Below are positions 55,478-64,000 of a DNA stretch of 64,000 bases, piece by piece. The first letter of the stretch is position 1. Every line of letters starts with the position of its first letter. The stretch comes from an uncultured Bacilli bacterium (GTDB taxonomy: Bacteria > Bacillota_I > Bacilli_A > RF39 > UBA660): assembly GCA_947586825.1 (NCBI GenBank), contig CANPXU010000003.1, positions 10,394-74,393 of the forward strand. Reading direction: 5' to 3'. Made by a program: the position numbers and the translations under genes. Below the pieces are notes generated by a model that made no database searches, was not told where the DNA came from, and worked only from the letters and a program-made list of their open reading frames with translations.

Positions 55478-56578
55478 ATGACATTATCACAAGAGCCAAG
55501 ATTTGGAATTAGTATTAGCTTTGAATTAATCGATTTATTTACTATTGCTGATAAAGCAAATAGTGAAGAAGAGTTTATAAAACTTAGAGATGATTATTTT
55601 GCTTCTTTAGCTTTAGATCCGAGGTTTCAAGGTTTTGACTATATCTTCCCAGGTCTTAAAAATATATCCTTAAAGGTTGTTAAAAATATATATAAAGAAA
55701 TAATTAAAAATGTAGACTATATAACTCCTGAATGGGTTGGCAAAATGCGAGCTATTATCGATATAACTAAGCCTATGTTTATAGATGGTGAAGTAAATAG
55801 AAATATCTTTAGTTTTGAATATTTAGATAAGATTGCCAATTTTGCCAGAAAACATGACATGAAATTCAGAATGCATAATATTATATGGCATAAAGATTTT
55901 AGACCCATTTTTGCAAACGCCTCAAAAGAAGAAATGCTCAAATTTTTAGATGCCTACACTTTTGAGTTGAACAAAAGATACAAAGATGTTATCTATGCGG
56001 TAGATGTTTTAAATGAAATAGCTTCCGATCAAAAGGGTGAAGTATTAAGAGAAAGTAAATGGAAAGATTTACTAGGACCTGAATACTTTATAGATATTTT
56101 AAAAATAGCTAAGAAAAACTTTACGGGTATGCCACTATTTTATAATGAGTATGGTGAGGAGAGAAAAGATAAAAGAGAAAACATACTAGCTATTATTGGG
56201 AAGATAAAAGAAAAAGAAGCTGAAGAAGGAATAACCATTTTGGATGGTATTGGAATTCAAGCTCACTATAATGCTTATACCCAAGATAAAGATATAAAAG
56301 AGGCGTTCTTAGACTATTCAAAAACAGGAAAGATTCTTCAAATAACAGAATTTGATGTATCTAATGATGGAAATTCTAATTATTTTGATTATCAAACAGA
56401 TAGAGTATATAAGACGGTTTTAGAAAATGCCATGCTATTTAAAATAAAACTCTTTAGTATGTGGGGTGTATCTCAAGATATATCTTGGAAATCAAAAGAA
56501 ATAAATAATTTTCTAACATCTGAGGGCACAGTATCAGAATACGCTATAAAGATAATCCAAAACTATAGCTTAAAGTAA
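55478..56578 (+). CDS. Glycoside hydrolase family 10 (xylanase-like), no signal peptide
   Basis: HNIIWHKDF matches the HTLVWH block. VDVLNEIAS carries the acid/base Glu and LQITEFDVS the nucleophile Glu. Confidence 0.7.
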   Translation: MTLSQEPRFGISISFELIDLFTIADKANSEEEFIKLRDDYFASLALDPRFQGFDYIFPGLKNISLKVVKNIYKEIIKNVDYITPEWVGKMRAIIDITKPMFIDGEVNRNIFSFEYLDKIANFARKHDMKFRMHNIIWHKDFRPIFANASKEEMLKFLDAYTFELNKRYKDVIYAVDVLNEIASDQKGEVLRESKWKDLLGPEYFIDILKIAKKNFTGMPLFYNEYGEERKDKRENILAIIGKIKEKEAEEGITILDGIGIQAHYNAYTQDKDIKEAFLDYSKTGKILQITEFDVSNDGNSNYFDYQTDRVYKTVLENAMLFKIKLFSMWGVSQDISWKSKEINNFLTSEGTVSEYAIKIIQNYSLK

Positions 56579-56677
56579 AAAATCCCCAAAGAATCAACAA
56601 AAGATTATGAAGTTTGAAATGCAAATAAATATGTAGTATACTTTTATAAGCAATGAATATTTCTTGAGGAGGTAAAG

Positions 56678-58246
56678 TTGAACAAAAATTATCCCTATTA
56701 TTCTCATGAGAAAATAGCTAATTTAAGAGAATTATTAGAAAATAATAATAAAATAAACAAAGATGATATAGCTTTTATATATAAAGATAGTCATTTAGAA
56801 ACTAAATCTAAAACCTATCAAGAATTTGCTGAAGAAGTAACAAACTTAAGTAATTATTTATATAAAAAGTATAATAATAAACACATCGCTATTATTGCCG
56901 AAAATAGTTATAGTTGGATTGTTCTTTTCTTTGCTATTATTTTAAGTAATAATGTTGCGGTTATTATCGATAAAGATTTAGAACCTGAAAGGATTATAAA
57001 ACTATTAAGTATAAGCGATACAAATGATATATTCTGCTCTTCATCATATGTAGATTCTATTGATTTAAATAAATATAATGTTAATTATCTTGATGATATT
57101 GAGGAGCTTATTAATAAAGGAAAGACGCTTAAGAATGGTACTAAATTAGATTCAGATAAACCGGCAGTAATATTCTTTACCAGTGGTACTACCGGCTTTA
57201 ATAAAGCTGTAATGCTAAGCCAAAAGAATATCTGTGCCGATTTATATGGAGCATCTAGTATATTTAAGCCTTTTGGTACTGCTTTTGCACCACTTCCTTT
57301 CCATCATGCTTTTGGGCTTATAACTGCGGTTTTAAAACCGGTTTATTACCACGTTCCAGTATTCTTAAATAGTAGTTTAAAAAGAGTACTTCCTGAGATT
57401 CAAGAAGCTCAGCCTAATACAATGTTTGTTGTTCCGGCTTTTATAGAAACATTTTATAAACAAATATGGAATACGGCGCGAAAGACTAAACAAGAACGTA
57501 AGTTAAAAATGGGTATTAAGCTAAGTAATATGCTTATGAAGTGTCATATTGATATTCGTAAGAAATTATTTGCAAGCCTTTTAAGTCAATTTGGTGGGAA
57601 ACTTGAATATATCATTTGTGGGGGAGCACCATTAGAAACAAAGTATGTAACTTGGTTTAGAAGTATAGGCATCGAAATATTAAATGGCTATGGCATAACA
57701 GAATGCTCTCCAGTGGTATCGGTTAACCGTAATGAATTTAAATGTGATGGTAGTGTTGGTCAAATATGTCGAGATGTCGAAGTTAAAATAATCGATGGAG
57801 AAGTCTGTGTTAAAGGCGATATCGTTATGCTTGGCTATTATAAAGATAAAAAAGCTACGGATGAAGTTATTATTGATGGATGGTTTCATACTGGAGACTA
57901 TGGCTATTTAAATAAAGATGGATTCTTGTTTATAACCGGTAGAAAGAAAAACTTAATTATCCTTAGTAATGGAGAAAATATTTCTCCCGAAGTTATTGAA
58001 GCCAAACTTGCTGAAGATGATGGAGTATGTGAGGTAGTAGTTACTAACGAAGGTAACCGTTTAGTAGCCCATATTTATCCGAATGAAGATTATCTTCAAA
58101 ATCAAGAATACTTTGATAATTTAATAACTAAGTATAATAAAAATGTTCCTAAAAATCATCAACTTGCTTATGCCGTTTTAAGAACAACTGAATTTAAGAA
58201 GAATAATAATCGTAAGATTTTAAGAGATAAAATAATGGAGGAGTAA
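56678..58246 (+). CDS. Acyl-AMP-forming ligase (fatty-acyl-CoA/ACP synthetase family)
   Basis: TTG start after GAGGAGG. Motifs FFTSGTTGFNKAVMLS, GYGITECSP and WFHTGDYGYLNKDGFLFITGRKKNLI. Confidence 0.8.
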   Translation: MNKNYPYYSHEKIANLRELLENNNKINKDDIAFIYKDSHLETKSKTYQEFAEEVTNLSNYLYKKYNNKHIAIIAENSYSWIVLFFAIILSNNVAVIIDKDLEPERIIKLLSISDTNDIFCSSSYVDSIDLNKYNVNYLDDIEELINKGKTLKNGTKLDSDKPAVIFFTSGTTGFNKAVMLSQKNICADLYGASSIFKPFGTAFAPLPFHHAFGLITAVLKPVYYHVPVFLNSSLKRVLPEIQEAQPNTMFVVPAFIETFYKQIWNTARKTKQERKLKMGIKLSNMLMKCHIDIRKKLFASLLSQFGGKLEYIICGGAPLETKYVTWFRSIGIEILNGYGITECSPVVSVNRNEFKCDGSVGQICRDVEVKIIDGEVCVKGDIVMLGYYKDKKATDEVIIDGWFHTGDYGYLNKDGFLFITGRKKNLIILSNGENISPEVIEAKLAEDDGVCEVVVTNEGNRLVAHIYPNEDYLQNQEYFDNLITKYNKNVPKNHQLAYAVLRTTEFKKNNNRKILRDKIMEE

Positions 58247-58248
58247 AT

Positions 58249-58473
58249 ATGAAAGATAAAGTAGTTTCAATTATTGCTGAAACAACAGGAATGGCAAAAG
58301 AAGATATTAAAGAAAGTTCCAATCTATTAACAGATTTAGAACTAGAAAGTTTAGATATTGTAACTTTAGTAGCAGAACTAGAAAAAGCAGTAGGAAAAGA
58401 GATACCTGATAAGGATATTAAAGAATTCCAAACCGTTCAAGATATCATAGATTATTTAGAAAAAAATGCTTAA
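58249..58473 (+). CDS. Dedicated acyl/peptidyl carrier protein
   Basis: 74 aa. LTDLELESLDIVTLVAELEK has a candidate phosphopantetheine Ser in ESL. It starts 3 nt after the ligase stop. Confidence 0.7.
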   Translation: MKDKVVSIIAETTGMAKEDIKESSNLLTDLELESLDIVTLVAELEKAVGKEIPDKDIKEFQTVQDIIDYLEKNA

Positions 58474-58918
58474 GATTTATGAGTATAAAGATATATCTTC
58501 TAAGGAAGCTTTAAAAAGAGCTTTAAAAAATTATAACATCAATAATATTGAATTGGTTTATAATGAATATGGCAAACCTTATTTAAAGGATAATGCTATA
58601 TACTTTAATATATCTCATACCAAGAATATTGTCGTAGTAGCAGTATCAGATACTGAGGTGGGAATAGATATTCAGTATAAGTGCTATAAACCAAGGGTAA
58701 AAGATAAATATTTTACTAAAAGTGAAATAGAATATATTGATAATGCCCTAGATAAAGAAGATGCCTTTACTAGAGTATGGGTAAAGAAAGAGGCTTATGT
58801 TAAAATGCTTGGCCAAGGCTTATCATATGGGCTTAGAAATGTTGATACAAATAGCTTAAATATTGATGTTCAAATGAAAGATAATCTTTATATGGCTGTG
58901 TGTCTTAAAAATAGTTAG
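58466..58918 (+). CDS. 4'-phosphopantetheinyl transferase (short Sfp-type)
   Basis: Motifs YGKPYL, FNISHTKN, VGIDIQ and WVKKEAYVKMLG. Overlaps the carrier-protein stop. Confidence 0.7.
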   Translation: MLKIYEYKDISSKEALKRALKNYNINNIELVYNEYGKPYLKDNAIYFNISHTKNIVVVAVSDTEVGIDIQYKCYKPRVKDKYFTKSEIEYIDNALDKEDAFTRVWVKKEAYVKMLGQGLSYGLRNVDTNSLNIDVQMKDNLYMAVCLKNS

Positions 58919-58921
58919 GAT

Positions 58922-59740
58922 GTGGTACATATTAATATTTTATATTGTGGTGATAAAAATATCGAAGATGGGTTAATTATCTCTATTTTGTCATTATTAA
59001 AACATAACGCTAATGCTTTTAACATTTATGTTTTAACGATGAAATTGGAAGGTCATGAACCTGTTTCCCAAAAGTGCATTGACACTTTAGATAAACTTTT
59101 AAAAGAAAAGAACTCTAAAAGTTCAATTAAGTTGATAGATGTAACAGACTTATTTAATAAAAATCAACCAACAGCAAATATGGAAACAAGATTTACTCCA
59201 TATTGTATGCTTAGACTATATTGTGATTTAATACCGGAGATTCCTGATAAGATATTATATTTAGATAATGATGTTGTATGTTACAACAATATTAAAGAGT
59301 TATACGATATAGATATAACTAATTACGAGTATGCTGGAGTATTAGATTACTATGGTAGTCATTTCTTTAAAAGAAAATGGTTAAGAAGAACTTATGTTAA
59401 CTCTGGAGTTCTTCTTATGAACATAAAACTTATTAAGAAAACAGGTCTTTTAAAAAAGGCTCGTAAAAGATGTGCCTCAAAAAGAATGCTTTTACCAGAC
59501 CAAAGTGCTTTAAACAAAGTGGCTGTTTCTAAATTAATTATTGATACTAAATATAATGATCAACATAAAGTATGCCCTGATACGATATTTAGACACTTTA
59601 GTACAACATTTATCTTATTCCCAAGAATTAAGACCCAAAAGGTTAAACCTTGGCAAATAGATAGAATGCATGATATTTTAGAAACTTATGAATTTGATGA
59701 TATTCTAGATGAATATTTGCAAATAAAGAAGAAAATGTAA
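58922..59740 (+). CDS. Glycosyltransferase family 8
   Basis: LYLDNDVV (DxD) and VNSGVLLMN. GTG start, per the ORF track. Confidence 0.7.
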   Translation: MVHINILYCGDKNIEDGLIISILSLLKHNANAFNIYVLTMKLEGHEPVSQKCIDTLDKLLKEKNSKSSIKLIDVTDLFNKNQPTANMETRFTPYCMLRLYCDLIPEIPDKILYLDNDVVCYNNIKELYDIDITNYEYAGVLDYYGSHFFKRKWLRRTYVNSGVLLMNIKLIKKTGLLKKARKRCASKRMLLPDQSALNKVAVSKLIIDTKYNDQHKVCPDTIFRHFSTTFILFPRIKTQKVKPWQIDRMHDILETYEFDDILDEYLQIKKKM

Positions 59741-59833
59741 AGAAAATAGCTTATTATTTGCTAATAATATTATTTTTGATAAACTATTGTATATGGTTAA
59801 TAACCTTACAACAATTAGATTAAGGAGAACAAA

Positions 59834-60793
59834 ATGAACAAAAATGTAGTACCAATTTTTTTTGCTATAGATTCGGGATATGCTCCATATTTATCGGTAG
59901 CTATTGCTTCCCTTATAGATAATGCATCAAAAGATTACAACTATGATATTCATGTTGTATATGAATCAATTACGGAAGATGCAATTAAGAAATTAAAGAC
60001 ACTTGAAACTGATAATGCTAAGATAATTTTTACAGAAATGAAAGATGGCTTTAAGAGTATTATAGATAGTAAACAAAATTTATTAAAAAATGATTTCTTT
60101 AAATCATTAACAATTTACTTTAGAATCTTTATTCCTTTTATGTTTAAAGAATATGATAAAGCTATTTATATTGATAGTGATACTTGTATAGTAGGAGATA
60201 TATCAGAACTTTATAACTATGATTTAAAAGATAATTTATTCGGTGGATGTAATGATATATCTTGTCAAGATAATGCTATATTATGTGAATATTTTAAAGA
60301 AAACGCGGGAGTTACAGTAGATAGATATATTAACTCTGGTGTTCTTTTAATGAACATGAAAAAGCTAAGAGAAGTTGATTTTCAAAGTCATTTCTTATAC
60401 TTATTAAATAAGTATCATTTTGATACTGTATGTCCTGATCAAGATTATATTAATGCTATGGCATGTGGCAAGATATTACCTCTTCCAAACGAATGGGATG
60501 CTATGCCTACAGGTGGTAAATTAGTATTTGATAATCCTAAGATTGTTCATTTTAACTTGTTCTCTAAACCTTGGCATTATCCTGATGTTGAATATGCTAA
60601 TTATTTTTGGGACTATGCTAATAAGTCTTTATTTAAAGAAGAAATCGAAAGAGAAAGAGATAACTTTACGGCAGAAGCTAAAAAGGCTGATGACGAAACC
60701 TTTGCTAGCCTAGTTTCTCGTGCCGAAGAAATAACTCACAATGAAGTAACATTTAAAAAAGTATTTGAAAGTGGTAAAGAAAAAAGAATTTAG
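59834..60793 (+). CDS. Glycosyltransferase family 8
   Basis: VPIFFAIDSGY, IYIDSDTCIV (DxD), INSGVLLMN and VHFNLFSKPW. Confidence 0.75.
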   Translation: MNKNVVPIFFAIDSGYAPYLSVAIASLIDNASKDYNYDIHVVYESITEDAIKKLKTLETDNAKIIFTEMKDGFKSIIDSKQNLLKNDFFKSLTIYFRIFIPFMFKEYDKAIYIDSDTCIVGDISELYNYDLKDNLFGGCNDISCQDNAILCEYFKENAGVTVDRYINSGVLLMNMKKLREVDFQSHFLYLLNKYHFDTVCPDQDYINAMACGKILPLPNEWDAMPTGGKLVFDNPKIVHFNLFSKPWHYPDVEYANYFWDYANKSLFKEEIERERDNFTAEAKKADDETFASLVSRAEEITHNEVTFKKVFESGKEKRI

Positions 60794-60800
60794 GTAAAGT

Positions 60801-61664
60801 ATGATTATAGGTGGGTCTAAAAAAGAAGTAATAAATAATATTAAAAAGAATATCGAAGATAAAGAATATAATAAAAAAGTAGAAGTTAATGATGCTGTTC
60901 TTAGTGATGAGCAAATCGATGAATACTTAAATAAATTCTATAAACAAAAAAAGTCTATATCATATAAAATAAAAAATAAAGCTGTTTTAAAGGGGATATA
61001 CAAAACAGGTAAAGATATTTTAAATAGTATAACTGTAATTGGAGAAGAAAATCTTCATGATTTAGATTTATCAAAAGGAGCAATTATAACCTGTAATCAC
61101 TTTAATCCTTTAGATAGCTATAATGTTCGTAAAGTAGTCGAGGAGATTCTTCATAAAAAATTATATATCGTTATTGAAGAAACTAATTTAGCTATGCCAG
61201 GTGAACTTGGCTTAATTATGAATTACGCTAATACAATACCTATTACTAAAAAGCCTAATTATATCTTAAAAACATTTATTCCTGAAATAAAGAAAATATT
61301 AGATGAAGGAAATATTGTTCTAATATATCCTGAAGAAGAAATGTGGTTTAATTACAAGAAACCTAGACCTTGCAAAAGAGGAGCCTATCAATTTGCTAGT
61401 CAATTAAATGTTCCGGTTATATCATTATTTGTTCAAATTGATAACTTAGATACTAAAGATAATGATGAATTCTTAAATACTAAACAAACTGTCCACATCT
61501 TAAAGCCTATTTATCCTGATGAAAATAAATCTTTAAAAGAAAATAGTGCTATTATGGCTGATACTGATTATAACCAAAAGAAAGAAGCATATGAAAAAGC
61601 TTATAATAAAAAGCTTACTTATGATTTTTCTTATGATGATATTGCTGGTTATCTCAATATGTAG
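60801..61664 (+). CDS. PlsC/LPLAT-family acyltransferase, soluble-looking
   Basis: HX4D motif CNHFNPLD, a later IYPEEEMW (block III-like) and VPVISL (block IV-like). No TM segment seen. Confidence 0.6.
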   Translation: MIIGGSKKEVINNIKKNIEDKEYNKKVEVNDAVLSDEQIDEYLNKFYKQKKSISYKIKNKAVLKGIYKTGKDILNSITVIGEENLHDLDLSKGAIITCNHFNPLDSYNVRKVVEEILHKKLYIVIEETNLAMPGELGLIMNYANTIPITKKPNYILKTFIPEIKKILDEGNIVLIYPEEEMWFNYKKPRPCKRGAYQFASQLNVPVISLFVQIDNLDTKDNDEFLNTKQTVHILKPIYPDENKSLKENSAIMADTDYNQKKEAYEKAYNKKLTYDFSYDDIAGYLNM

Positions 61665-61722
61665 CAAATTGTTAAAATTTTATTGTTTTAATTGATATGG
61701 AAGGGGTATTTTTATTAGTAAG

Positions 61723-62622
61723 TTGGTAATGAGCGTTAAAAAAAATTCTTTATTAATAGCAAGCTTTTTAATTCTTCTAATTATTTTACTTTTTTCTTTC
61801 TTTAAATTTAGAGATGAAAAAAGAGACTATGAAGAAACTTTAGAGGAAAACATTCAATTTTGCTTAGATAATGACTATATCGGTACTGAATATGAAAGTT
61901 TTTGCCTTGAAAATTTGAGTGATAATAATAAAATAGATTTTTTTACAGCTTTTGCTAATGTAGTATCACGGGGGTTTCGAACAATAGCAACTACTTTGTT
62001 TTTATTTATTGCTATTCCTTGTTTATGGAATACATGTAAATATCTTCGTAATAAAGTTATAAAAAATGATTTAACAAGAATGAACTATAAAAAAATAAGA
62101 TACAACTTATTTAAAGAGGCCTACAAGTCTGTTTTAATACTTCCCCTTATTGTAATTATAGGTATTATTCTTTGTTATATTTTAACAGGTTCTTTTTCAG
62201 CTGATTATTCAATTCAATATAGAACTGCTATATGGAGTGCAAAAACATTAGGTAAGCCATTTCTTTTCCTTGCGGCCTACTTACTAAATATGATTTTTAC
62301 TAGTATTATTTATGTGAATATTTGTTTGGCAGTTGCTAGAAAATACCACAATTACTTTGTGGCTTTAATATTATCTTTTTTATGTTTTATTGGTATTGAG
62401 GCATTTTTAGAAATAGTTATAGGAGGAATATTATTTACTTCTATATTTAAGTCTGATGCAAGCATAATTTTTAATATTATGAATATGATGACTTTTAACG
62501 ATTCTTTTGGCATATTACCTGTTATTAGTTTTTCTTGTGCTATGGCTATTATATCCACTATTGTTGTATTTTTACTTTATAAAAATAAAGAAAAATTAGT
62601 AATTGATTGTGAAGCAAACTAG
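61723..62622 (+). CDS. Polytopic membrane protein (ABC-2-type permease-like)
   Basis: 299 aa with about 6 TM segments. It overlaps the start region of the ABC ATPase. Confidence 0.5.
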   Translation: MVMSVKKNSLLIASFLILLIILLFSFFKFRDEKRDYEETLEENIQFCLDNDYIGTEYESFCLENLSDNNKIDFFTAFANVVSRGFRTIATTLFLFIAIPCLWNTCKYLRNKVIKNDLTRMNYKKIRYNLFKEAYKSVLILPLIVIIGIILCYILTGSFSADYSIQYRTAIWSAKTLGKPFLFLAAYLLNMIFTSIIYVNICLAVARKYHNYFVALILSFLCFIGIEAFLEIVIGGILFTSIFKSDASIIFNIMNMMTFNDSFGILPVISFSCAMAIISTIVVFLLYKNKEKLVIDCEAN

Positions 62623-62635
62623 AAAGGAATTGCTT

Positions 62636-63283
62636 ATGAAAGTAGAACTTAAAAACGTTAGTAAAAGCTTTAAGAATATAGATGTTATTAAAAACATTAA
62701 CTATACTTTTGAAAGTGGAAAAATATACGGCTTGTATGGTCGGAATGGCTCTGGGAAAAGTGTGCTATTAAAATTAATCTGTGGGTTTTTGGCTCCTACT
62801 TCAGGTTCAATATTATTTGATGGCATTAATTTTAATGAAAAGTTGGAATTTCCTAAAAGTTTACGGGCATTAATTGAAGCTCCTTCTTTTTTCCCGGATT
62901 TAACGGGTTATGAAAATTTGCAAATGCTAGCTAAAATTCAAAATACCATTGGTGATAAAGAAATACATGAAGCATTAGATATTGTTAATTTGACTAATGA
63001 AATGAATAAGAAATATAAAAAATATTCTTTAGGTATGAAACAAAAATTAGGAATTGCTCAAGCCATAATGGAAGATGCTGATGTCTTGATTTTAGATGAA
63101 CCATTTAATGGTATAGAACAAGTTTCGGTAGCAAAAATAATGAATTATTTATTAGAACTCAAAAATAAAGGCAAATTAATAATTGTTAGTTCTCATATAA
63201 TTGAAGATTTAAATAAAATTTCCGATACTTTATTACTTATGGATGACGGAATGCTAAAAGAAACTCAAAACCTGAAACAATAG
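62636..63283 (+). CDS. ABC transporter ATP-binding protein
   Basis: Walker A GRNGSGKS, signature-like YSLGMKQK and Walker B LILDEP. The start is moved to 62636 (AGAAAGGAA RBS). Confidence 0.88.
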   Translation: MKVELKNVSKSFKNIDVIKNINYTFESGKIYGLYGRNGSGKSVLLKLICGFLAPTSGSILFDGINFNEKLEFPKSLRALIEAPSFFPDLTGYENLQMLAKIQNTIGDKEIHEALDIVNLTNEMNKKYKKYSLGMKQKLGIAQAIMEDADVLILDEPFNGIEQVSVAKIMNYLLELKNKGKLIIVSSHIIEDLNKISDTLLLMDDGMLKETQNLKQ

Positions 63284-63370
63284 GAAAACTAGATTTATTA
63301 TTCATCTAAAAAAATTTATGATAGTCAAATTATTATTTAAAATAGTTACAAAAAAGAAAAGGGATTTAGT

Positions 63371-64000
63371 ATGAAGCTTCAAATCAATATATTAATTACA
63401 ATTTTAAAAAAATATAAATATTGGATCATGGCCTTTTTATTCCTCTTTTTAGTTTCGTATATACTATCAATGGTAAGCCCTAATACTAAAATAAGTATGA
63501 GTTATGATTTCTTTACTATGATAGGATATCCTGTTAAAGATAATTTAGGTTTCATTTCCTTATTAGTTACTATATATCAGCTTATTTTATATATTTTTTT
63601 ATTTACTCAATTTGTTTTTTATGAATTTAATTATTCTTTGGAAAATATTTTAATCCGAGCTGACTCTCGTAAATGGTTAATGCAAAAAATAATTATATCA
63701 ATATTAGCTACTATCTTACTTAAATGTATTTATATAGCTTTTACTTATTTATTATTTAGCCATGTTGTTACTTTTAATATAAAAATTTTTTGCTATCCTA
63801 TTGCTATTTTGCTAGTGACGTTAGCATTTTTAATATTTAATCTTAATTTTCCTAAATTGTATGCTAATATTTTGACAATTGTTGATAGCTGTCTACTACT
63901 TTATCTTTTTTTCCATTTTAATATTAAGTTATTAATAGGCTTTATTATAATTTCTTTAGTCATGTTTTTATATACTATTTTAAATTTTAAATTTAAAAAA
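63371..64000 (+). CDS. Polytopic membrane protein (probable ABC permease), 3' end beyond the window
   Basis: Not in the track because it is open-ended. Hand translation from the ATG at 63371 gives MKLQINILITILKKYKYWIMAFLFLFLVSY... with no stop through 64000. Very hydrophobic. Confidence 0.55.
   Translation, partial: MKLQINILITILKKYKYWIMAFLFLFLVSYILSMVSPNTKISMSYDFFTMIGYPVKDNLGFISLLVTIYQLILYIFLFTQFVFYEFNYSLENILIRADSRKWLMQKIIISILATILLKCIYIAFTYLLFSHVVTFNIKIFCYPIAILLVTLAFLIFNLNFPKLYANILTIVDSCLLLYLFFHFNIKLLIGFIIISLVMFLYTILNFKFKK

Noticed and set aside
43394-56600. Prophage, ICE or transposon as the origin of the accessory stretch
   Set aside because: I found no integrase, recombinase, transposase, terminase, capsid or conjugation gene and no flanking direct repeats or tRNA. 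Several genes use the host-type TGCTATAAT promoter. It is described only as a variable/accessory region.
1-64000. Possible TGA reassignment (Mollicutes-like code 4), suggested by the very low GC and the absence of prfB after secA
   Set aside because: Long conserved proteins (GyrA, GyrB, SecA, DnaX, MnmG, ArgS) are intact under the standard code with no in-frame TGA. Their Trp codons are TGG, and TGA closes pth, ricT, mnmG and the HAD gene. This is standard code 11, and RF2 is presumably encoded elsewhere.
1-64000. CRISPR arrays, tRNA or rRNA genes. Bacillus has rRNA operons after gyrA and near recR.
   Set aside because: No regularly spaced direct repeats, no cloverleaf-like GC-rich segments and no rRNA-like conserved blocks were seen in any intergenic region. 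The only stable RNA recognised is the SRP RNA.

Overview
This is a strongly AT-rich chromosomal origin region from a low-GC Bacillota genome. It uses the standard code: conserved genes have no in-frame TGA, and Trp is TGG. A DnaA-box cluster (oriC) lies at about 17.42-17.63 kb, between dnaA (minus) and rpmH (plus). Left of it, genes run on the minus strand: mfd(partial)-pth-yabB-like-ricT-holB-bofA-like-recR-ebfC-dnaX-tadA-ffs-[parS x2]-gyrA-gyrB-recF-comK-dnaN-dnaA. Right of it, most run on the plus strand: rpmH-rnpA-yidC-jag, mnmE-mnmG-rsmG-noc-like, argS-rpoE-prfA-prmC-spoIIR-ytaF/mntP-murA, rpmE-rpiB-DUF1146-spoIID-spoIIQ-like, and cspA-hpf-secA. Finding rpoE, comK and a Noc-type ParB together with sporulation genes suggests a Bacilli-related spore-former such as Erysipelotrichia (inference only). 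After secA (43.4 kb) the Bacillus-type synteny breaks, since prfB is absent. A mixed-strand accessory stretch of mostly uncharacterised genes follows (43.4-56.6 kb). It is followed by a compact cluster of acyl-AMP ligase, carrier protein, PPTase, two GT8 genes and an acyltransferase (56.7-61.7 kb), and then ABC-transporter genes. No rRNA, tRNA, CRISPR, integrase or transposase was recognised. The most notable observations are these. (1) Two perfect parS palindromes and a perfect Noc-binding-site palindrome coexist with only one ParB-family gene, which looks Noc-like, and no soj/spo0J at the canonical locus. (2) Four neighbouring, otherwise unrelated accessory proteins end in the same acidic GE...(P/Q)K(R/K) C-terminal tail, and a QRYxNGEF motif recurs in three others. 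(3) A dedicated carrier-protein/glycosyltransferase/acyltransferase cluster may make an unknown acylated glycoconjugate. All family calls rest on motifs read by eye. No database search was run.
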